Of a stretch of 64,000 nucleotides of DNA, positions 56,065 to 64,000 are shown in pieces. The notes under the pieces were generated by a model that saw only the letters and a program-made list of their open reading frames with translations, ran no database searches and had not been told where the DNA came from. The stretch is from an uncultured Acidobacteriota bacterium (lineage in GTDB: Bacteria > Acidobacteriota > Terriglobia > Bryobacterales > Bryobacteraceae): NCBI GenBank assembly GCA_963737465.1, contig CAVTTC010000014.1:103567-167566 (forward strand), in the 5' to 3' direction. A program made the position numbers and the translations under genes. The stretch's first letter is position 1. Every line of letters begins with the position of its first letter.

Positions 56065-59000
56065 CGCGGATCATCGAGTTCTCCGGACGCAACGGCTCAT
56101 CGTCTTCATCCTGGTGGCGTTTGCGGTGGCGGCGGGCGTGTGGTCGCATGCGCAACATCCCGCTGGATGCGATTCCCGACCTGAGCGACACGCAGGTGAT
56201 CGTCTATTCGCGCTGGGATCGCAGCCCCGACATCATGGAGGACCAGGTCACGTATCCGATCGTGACGGCCATGCTGGGCGCGCCGAAGGTGAAGGACGTC
56301 CGCGGATTTTCGGACTTCGGCTACTCGTACGTCTACATCATTTTCGACGAAGGCACGGACATCTACTGGGCGCGGTCGCGGACGCTGGAGTATCTGCAGG
56401 GCGTGCTGCCGCGGCTGCCGCAGGGCGTGAAGACCGAACTCGGGCCGGATGCGACCGGCGTGGGCTGGGTGTTTCAGTACGCGCTGGTGGACACCGAACA
56501 CCGGCACAACCTGGCGGAGCTGCGATCGTCGCAGGACTGGTTCGTGCAGTATCAGTTGCGATCCGTGCCGGGCGTGGCCGAGGTGGCGCCGGTGGGCGGG
56601 TTCGTGCGCCAGTACCAGGTGAACGTCGATCCGCAGCCAGCTGCAGGCGTACAACATCCCGATCATGAAAGTGGTGGAGGCCGTCCGCGCCGGCAACAAC
56701 GACGTGGGCGGGCGTCTGATCGAATCGGCGGCGCCGAGTACATGGTGCGCGGCCGCGGCTACGCGAAATCGCCCGACGACATCGGCAACATCGTGCTGGC
56801 GACCACGCCGGGCGGCACGCCGGTCCGTGTGGCGGACGTCGGCGACGTCGTCGCTGGGACCCGACCTGCGCCGCGGCGTCGCCGACTGGAACGGCAAGGG
56901 CGAGATCGTCGGCGGCATCGTCGTCATGCGGCAGGGCGAGAACGCGCTGAACGTGATCGAGCGCGTGAAGGCGAAGCTGCAGAGATCGAGCCGGGGCTGC
57001 CGCCGGGCGTCAAGATCGTCACCGCGTACGACCGCTCGACCTGATCCTCGCTCCATCGACAACCTGAAGCACACCCTGATCGAGGAGATCGTGATCGTGT
57101 CGCTGGTCATCCTGGTCTTCCTGTGGCACATTCCGAGCGCCCTCATTCCGGTCATCACGATTCCCGTCGCGATCATGATTTCGTTCATTCCGATGAAGGC
57201 GATGGGCCTGACGTCGAACATCATGTCGCTGGGCGGCATCGCCATCGCGATCGGCGCGATGGTGGACGCGGCCATCGTGGTCGTGGAGCAGACGCACAAG
57301 AAGCTGGAGGAGTGGGAGCGCACCGGGCCGCAAGGAGGACTATCACCGCGTGGTGCATCGACGCGGTGAAGGAGGTGGGCGGGCCGAGCTTCTTCGCGCT
57401 GCTGGTGATCGCGGTGTCGTTCCTGCCGGTGCTGACGCTGGAGGCGCAGGAGGGGCGGCTGTTCAAGCCGCTGGCGTACACGAAGAACTTCTCGATGATC
57501 GTGGCGGCGGTGCTGGCCATCACGCTCGACCCGGCGATGCGGCTGCTGTTCACGCACATGCGCAATTTCAACTTCCGGCCGCGCTGGCTGGCGCGCGTGG
57601 CGAATGCGGTGCTGGTGGGCACGATCCATCCGAGGAGAACGCACCCGATCAGCCGCATCCTGATCCGGCTGTACGAGCCGGTGTGCGCATGGGCGCTGCG
57701 CTGGAAGTGGGTGGTGATCGCCGGCGCGGTGGCGCTGGTGGCGTTCACGGTCCCGGTGTATCCAGCGGCTCGGCTCGGAGTTCATGCCGCCGCTCGATGA
57801 GGGCACGCTGCTCTACATGCCGTCGACGCTGCCCGGCATTTCGCGTGACCGAGGCGCAGCGGCTGATGCAGATCCAGGACCGCATCATCAAGCAGTTCCC
57901 GGAAGTGGAGACGGTGCTGGGCAAGGCGGGCCGCGCGGAAACGTCCACGGATCCGGCGCCGCTCTCGATGATGGAGACCGTGATCGTGCTGAAGCCGCAC
58001 GAACAGTGGCGCAAGGTGAACACCTGGTATTCCGATCTGGCGCCCGAGTGGTCGCAACCGGTGCTGCGGCGGATCACGCCGGACCACATCTCGACCGAAC
58101 AACTGGTGGACGAGATGAACGAGGCGCTGAAGCTGCCGGGCGTGTCCAACGCCTGGACCATGCCGATCAAGGCGCGCATCGACATGCTGACCACCGGCGT
58201 CCGCACGCCGGTGGGCATCAAGATCTACGGCGCGAACATCGAAGAGATCGAGCGGCTCGGGACGCGAGATCGGAGCAACTGCTGCCGCAAGGTGGCCGGG
58301 ACGCGCAGCGTGTTCGCCGAGCGCACCGGCGGCGGCTACTTCCTCGATTTCGACTGGAACCGCGACAGAGCTGGCGCGCTACGGGCTGACCATCGACGAC
58401 GCGCAGGCGGTCGTGATGAACGCGATCGGCGGCGAGAACGTGACGACCACCGTCGAGGGCCGCGAGCGGTATCCGGTGAACGTGCGCTACATGCGCGACT
58501 TCCGCAGCGATCCGGCCCAGCTGGCCGGGTGCTGGTGCCCGTGAACTGCCTGAACGGCCGGCGCAGATGCGCCGTGTCGTGCCGATTTCGGAACTGGCGA
58601 CCATCCAGGTACGCTCCGGCCCGGCGATGCTGCGCGACGAAAACGGGATGCTGAACGGCTACGTGTACGTGGACGTGGCGGGCCGCGACATCGGCGGCTA
58701 CGTCGCGGAGGCCAAGCGGGTGGTGCGCGAGAACGTTCACGCTGCCGCGCCGGCTATTCCTCGTCTGGAGCGGCCAGTACGAAGCGATGGAGCGCGTGCG
58801 CGAGCGGCTGATGGTGGTGCTGCCGCTCACGCTGTTCCTCATCCTGATGCTGCTCTACGTGAACACGCGGTCGATCACCAAGACCGCCATCATCATGCTG
58901 GCGGTGCCGTTTTCGGCGGTGGGCGCGATCTGGCTGCTGTACCTGCTCGGCTACAACATGAGCATCGGCGTGTGGGTGGGGCTCATCGCGCTGATGGGCG

Positions 59001-59343
59001 TGGACGCCGAAACCGGCGTGTTCATGCTGCTGTACCTGGACCTCGCCTACGACAAGGCGCGCGACGCAGGGACGGCTGCGGAACCTGGCGCGAACTTCGA
59101 GAGGCGATCATGCACGGCGCGGTGAAGCGCATCCGCCCGAAGTTCATGACCGTGGCATGCATGTTCATCGGCCTGGTGCCGATCATGTGGTCGGCAGGCG
59201 CGGGCGCGGACGTGATGAAGCGCATCGCGGCCCCGATGATCGGCGGCATCTTCACTTCGTTCGTGCTGGAACTGGTGGTGTATCCGGCGATCTACGAGGT
59301 CTGGAAATGGCATTTCGAACTAAAGAACAAATCTGCTGTTTAA
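56057..59343 (+). pseudogene. cusA: CusA-type Cu(I)/Ag(I) RND efflux pump, riddled with about two dozen 1-nt indels
   Basis: Pieces spread over all three frames assemble into a full-length CusA-like protein: AIPDLSDTQVIVYSRWDRSPDIMEDQVTYPI..., GPDATGVGWVFQYALVD, MSLGGIAIAIGAMVDAAIVVVEQ, EAQEGRLFKPLAYTK. The three transport Met contexts are present: LLYMPSTLPGIS, APLSMMETVI, RIDMLTTG. It ends AAPMIGGIFTSFVLELVVYPAIY. Confidence 0.85.
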
Positions 59344-60012
59344 TGCTTCTCGCGATGTTCGCCGCGGCCGGCGCCGAGCCGGTGACGCTGGAGTCCGCCA
59401 CCGTCATTTGCGCAAGGGCGGGGCGGGTACGCTGGCGTTCACCGATGATGGCGTTCGATTTGATGAGCGCGGGCAAGAAGGCGGACCACTCGCGAACGTG
59501 GAAGTACTCGGATCTGCAGCAGCTCGAACTGGCTCCCGACCACATCCGCGTCCGCACGTATGAGGATATTGGCTGGCAGGCGGGAAAGGATCGCGAGTAT
59601 CTGTTCGACCGGATCGGCGACGGGTCCGCCGCGAAGCTATATCCGCTGCTGGCCGCGAAGCTCGACCAGCGTTTCGTGGCGGAGTGTGCCGGCGCCGGCC
59701 GGACCGACATTGTGGGAAGCGCCCGCGAAGCTGCTGCATCGGACCGGCGGCTATAACGGAACGTTGAAGATCGCTCAGGACGTGGTGGTGTTTCAGAGCG
59801 CCCGTGGATCGCGCACCTGGCGGCTCAGCGACATCGACAACTTCAGCAGCGCCGGACCGTTCGAACTGACGGTGACGTCGCTCGACGCCGAGACGCGATT
59901 CCAACTCAAGCAACCGCTGCCGGAGGATCGGTACAACGACCTTTGGCGGCACTTTCAACGGGCCACCGGCCCCAAGACATTCCAACCCTTCGAGGAGAAT
60001 CATCATGAATAG
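59343..60012 (+). pseudogene. two-repeat secreted hypothetical protein, frameshifted
   Basis: MLLAMFAAAGAEPVTLESATV... Repeat 1 is GKKADHSRTWKYSDLQQLELAPDHIRVRTYED. Repeat 2, in another frame, is GSRTWRLSDIDNFSSAGPFELTVTSLD. The start overlaps the cusA stop (TAATG). Confidence 0.4.
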
Positions 60013-60313
60013 ACTGATTACCGCATTTGCTTTTTCCGCACTACTCGCGAGCGCTGCGACATTCACGGGCGTGATTACGGATTCCATGTGCAACCTGGAC
60101 CACAAGGCCATGAACATGGGGCCGGACGCCGAATGCACCAGGGCCTGCGTTAAACACGGCTCCAAGTACGTCCTGCACGATGGAAAGAAGGCCTATAAGC
60201 TGAGCGATCAGCAAACTCCGGAAAAGTTCGCCGCGCAGAAGGTAAGAATCACGGGGACGCTGTTCGAGAAGACCGGTGTGATTCAGGTGGACAAGATCGA
60301 ACCCGTGAAGTAG
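60005..60313 (+). CDS. small secreted DUF5818-like protein
   Basis: 102 aa with a signal peptide, then GVITDSMCNLDHKAM...CTRACVKHGSKYVLHDGKKAYKLSDQQ...KVRITGTL. Confidence 0.6.
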   Translation: MNRLITAFAFSALLASAATFTGVITDSMCNLDHKAMNMGPDAECTRACVKHGSKYVLHDGKKAYKLSDQQTPEKFAAQKVRITGTLFEKTGVIQVDKIEPVK

Positions 60314-60357
60314 CCAGGCCCCCTTGTCACCGCGGCCAGGATTGTGCATCTTCGTAG

Positions 60358-61707
60358 GTGACCACCTATGCGAATCCTGGTCTTATCTCTGCTGCTAGCT
60401 CTGCGCCGGTCCTCCCGCAGGAAGCCCTGACCCTGCAGCAGGCCGTCGCGACCGCGCTCACCAAGCACCCGGCGATTGAGGCCGGATCAGCCGAATTCAA
60501 AGCCGCCGACTCGAGAATCGCCCAAGCCAAGGGCGCGTCACTGCCGCGCGTCAGCTACACCGAAGCCTGGATGCGGAGCAACAACCAGGTCTTCGTTTTC
60601 GGGTCTCTACTTACCCAGCAACAGTTCACGGCATCGAACTTCGATCTCAACTACCTGAACAACCCGCCGTTCCTGAATAACTTTCAATCCCAGATCATCG
60701 TCGATCAGACGATCTACGACAACGGCTTTCGGAAGTCGCAGGTGCAAACCGCGCAGATCGGACGCGAACTGGTCACCGAGGAGAACCGGAAGACCGAGAT
60801 GCAGGTGATTGGCGGAGTCCTTCGATCGTACTACTCGGCTATCGTCGCGCAGGAGCGCATCCGCGTCGCCGACGAGAGTCTCCGCTCGGCTGAGGCCGAT
60901 CTGAAACGGGCCGGAACCCGGCTCGAGTCGGGTGTCGCAACCAGTGCGGATGTGCTCGCCATTCGAGTCCACGTGGCCGCGATGCGCGAGCAGCGCATCC
61001 GCCGCGGCTTCGAACTGGACATGGCCCGCGCCGAACTGAATCAGGCCATGGGACTCCCGCTGGACGCACGCTACGATCTCTCCACTCCATTGAAGGCTGT
61101 CCCATCGACGACGCTCGATTCATCCCTGATCGAAAAGGAAGCCACCGCCGGCCGTCCGGAAACACGCGAGGCCCAACTCGCGCTCAAGGTCGGCGAGGAA
61201 CAACGGAAGGCCGCCCGAGCCGCACTGCTCCCCGAGTTTTATCTGCGCGCGGGATTCGAAGCCGACCGTCAGCAATTCGTCAACAAGGGAGGCGCCAACT
61301 GGCTGGCCTCCGCCGGCCTTCGCTGGAACCTTTTCAACGGCTTCTCCGATAAGGCCCGCATTGAGGAGGTCCGGCACGAAACCGAGCGCCGCACCGCGCA
61401 GGCCCGTCTCGCCGAATCCTATGTTCGCCTGGACGTCCGCCGCGCAGTCCTCGACGTCAACTCCGCCACCGAGCGGTTGGAAGTGACCCGCGCTGCGATT
61501 CAGATGGCGGAAGAGAGCCTCCGCATCATCCGCAATCGATACGAAAGCGGACTCACCGATGTGACCGAACTGCTCCGCAGTGAATCCGCCCTGCTCGAAG
61601 CGCGCAGCCGTGAACTCGAAGCCGTGCGCGATCAGGTGTTAGCCGTGGTGGCCCTGGAATCTGCCCGCGGGCAGCTGACAAAGAACTCCGAACTGGTGAA
61701 CCGATAG
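60358..61707 (+). CDS. TolC-family outer-membrane efflux protein (second system); N-terminus probably frameshifted
   Basis: 449-aa OEP-type sequence. The tracked start lacks a signal peptide, whereas the ATG at 60368 in another frame encodes MRILVLSLLLAL.... This suggests an indel near 60390-60400. Confidence 0.75.
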   Translation: MTTYANPGLISAASSAPVLPQEALTLQQAVATALTKHPAIEAGSAEFKAADSRIAQAKGASLPRVSYTEAWMRSNNQVFVFGSLLTQQQFTASNFDLNYLNNPPFLNNFQSQIIVDQTIYDNGFRKSQVQTAQIGRELVTEENRKTEMQVIGGVLRSYYSAIVAQERIRVADESLRSAEADLKRAGTRLESGVATSADVLAIRVHVAAMREQRIRRGFELDMARAELNQAMGLPLDARYDLSTPLKAVPSTTLDSSLIEKEATAGRPETREAQLALKVGEEQRKAARAALLPEFYLRAGFEADRQQFVNKGGANWLASAGLRWNLFNGFSDKARIEEVRHETERRTAQARLAESYVRLDVRRAVLDVNSATERLEVTRAAIQMAEESLRIIRNRYESGLTDVTELLRSESALLEARSRELEAVRDQVLAVVALESARGQLTKNSELVNR

Positions 61708-61711
61708 CCTT

Positions 61712-62859
61712 ATGATCCGACGTTTTATTCCCGTCCCCCTATTTCTCGCCCTGATCGCTTGCGGATCGAAACCCGAAGCGCCCACCACGGTTGAAGCGAA
61801 GACCGGACCGCCCGTCCAGGTTCGCACCGCTGTTGTGAGCCAGGCCGAGTGGCCGTCCGTCTACGATGCCGTCGGCACCGTGCGCGCCCGCACGGCGACG
61901 CAGGTGTCGGCCCGCATCATGGGCGCTGCCCGCGAGGTGTCCGTCCACTTGGGCGACCATGTCCGCCAGGGTCAAGTGCTGGTGGTCATCGACTCCGGCG
62001 ATCTGGAAGCCCGTCAGCGCCAGGCCGATGCGGCATTCGCCGAAGCGCAGAGTGCGGAACTCGAGGCTCAGAACGGCATCGAATCCGCCAAGGTCAACCT
62101 GGAACTCGCCCAATCCACTTATAAGCGGATGAAGGATCTTCACGACAAGACGTCCATCTCCAACCAGGAGTTCGACGAAGCGTCCGCACGCCTGAGCTTG
62201 GCAAAGTCGGGCGTGGATATGGCGATGTCCCGCCGCAAGCAGGTGGAATCTAAGATCGCGCAGGCCAAGGAAGGCCAGAACGCCGTAAAGATTCAAATCG
62301 AGTACGCCACCATCACCGCGCCTTTCGCCGGTGTGGTCACTGAGAAGACCGTGGAGCCCGGGAACATGGTCACGCCGGGCGCTCCGCTCCTCACCATCGA
62401 GCGCGAAGGCGCCTTTCGCCTGGAAGCCGCTGTCGAAGAAGGGAACCTGGGTAAGGTGCACGCGGGAATGCGGGCATCGGTGAGCCTCGATTCTCTCGAC
62501 CGCACTTCGACGCAACCGTGTCCGAAATCGTCCCTTCGGTGGACGCCGCATCCCGCGCGTTTATCGCGAAAATCGATCTTCCCGTCTATTCCGAACCTCC
62601 GCGGCGGCCTGTTTGGACGCGCCCGGTTTGCCACCGGATCTCGGAGCGTTGTGGCTGTCCCGTCAACCGCCCTCGTCGAGCGGGGCCAGATGCAGTGGGT
62701 TTTCATCGCCGACGGCGACACCGCTCGGGGCCGTATCGTCACACTCGGCCAGCGCAATCAGGACAGCATTGAAGTCCTCTCCGGCCTGAAGCCCGGCGAG
62801 AAAATCATCGCGCCGGCGTCGCCCGAACTGGTGGACGGCGCCCGGATTGAGGTTCGCCC

Positions 62860-62863
<4 letters not shown>
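61712..62863 (+). CDS. RND-type membrane-fusion protein (HlyD/AcrA family) containing a compensated frameshift pair
   Basis: Lipoprotein signal LFLALIACG, with the normal MFP pattern. However, residues [30 protein letters not shown] are out of frame. The conserved text [29 protein letters not shown] lies in the +2 frame (62505-62595). Confidence 0.8.

Positions 62864-64000
<1,137 letters not shown>

Noticed and set aside
56057-59343. Programmed frameshifting or recoding as an explanation for the broken cusA
   Set aside because: There are about two dozen shifts in both directions with no slippery-heptamer pattern, including compensating pairs. This is incompatible with programmed recoding. 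Assembly error or decay is far more likely.

Overview
High-GC (about 60-65 % by eye) bacterial chromosome segment. The gene content suggests Acidobacteriota of the Solibacter/Bryobacter type (inference): a PEP-CTERM protein, a PEGA protein, a TIGR03437-like surface-protein fragment and many RND/ABC efflux sets. I ran no similarity search. All product calls come from motifs I recognise in the supplied translations or in my own re-translation of the DNA.

Layout:
- 1-3.7 kb: MacAB-like ABC efflux operon.
- 4-16.5 kb: a mostly minus-strand block. It holds a CHRD/PEP-CTERM protein, a hydrolase, a PilZ protein, two alpha-galactosidase-type glycosidases, an MFS transporter and a SIMPL protein. It also holds an intact two-gene cassette (9970-13231) built from DUF4062/TIR-like/NDT-like Rossmann domains, an FGE-sulfatase domain and an ASK1-type DUF4071 TPR domain. 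This cassette is my best candidate for an undescribed conflict/immunity-type system.
- 16.6-19.6 kb: a patatin-like lipase whose catalytic halves are separated by a polytopic membrane insert, plus a small membrane protein.
- 19.7-26.9 kb: a MoxR-DUF58-BatA-VWA operon interrupted by decayed toxin-antitoxin cassettes.
- 28.1-33.6 kb: tRNA-Glu followed by a degraded integrative island of about 5.4 kb, bounded by a 26/28-nt repeat of the tRNA 3' end.
- 34-49 kb: housekeeping and regulatory genes, including a Fur-family regulator, an FHA-GAF-PP2C phosphatase, recG, rsmD, a cysteine synthase and a PfkB-GH4-FRG operon.
- 49.8-52.9 kb: an ATP-grasp gene and an APC-type permease.
- 53-64 kb: a cusCBA-type Cu/Ag efflux operon and a second TolC-MFP-RND operon.

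Many genes carry 1-nt indels, often in short homopolymers. cusBA is extremely dense in them. This points to sequence error or a badly polished repeat rather than biology, so I flag the disruptions without assuming true pseudogenes.

I saw no CRISPR array, rRNA gene, intact transposase or reverse transcriptase.
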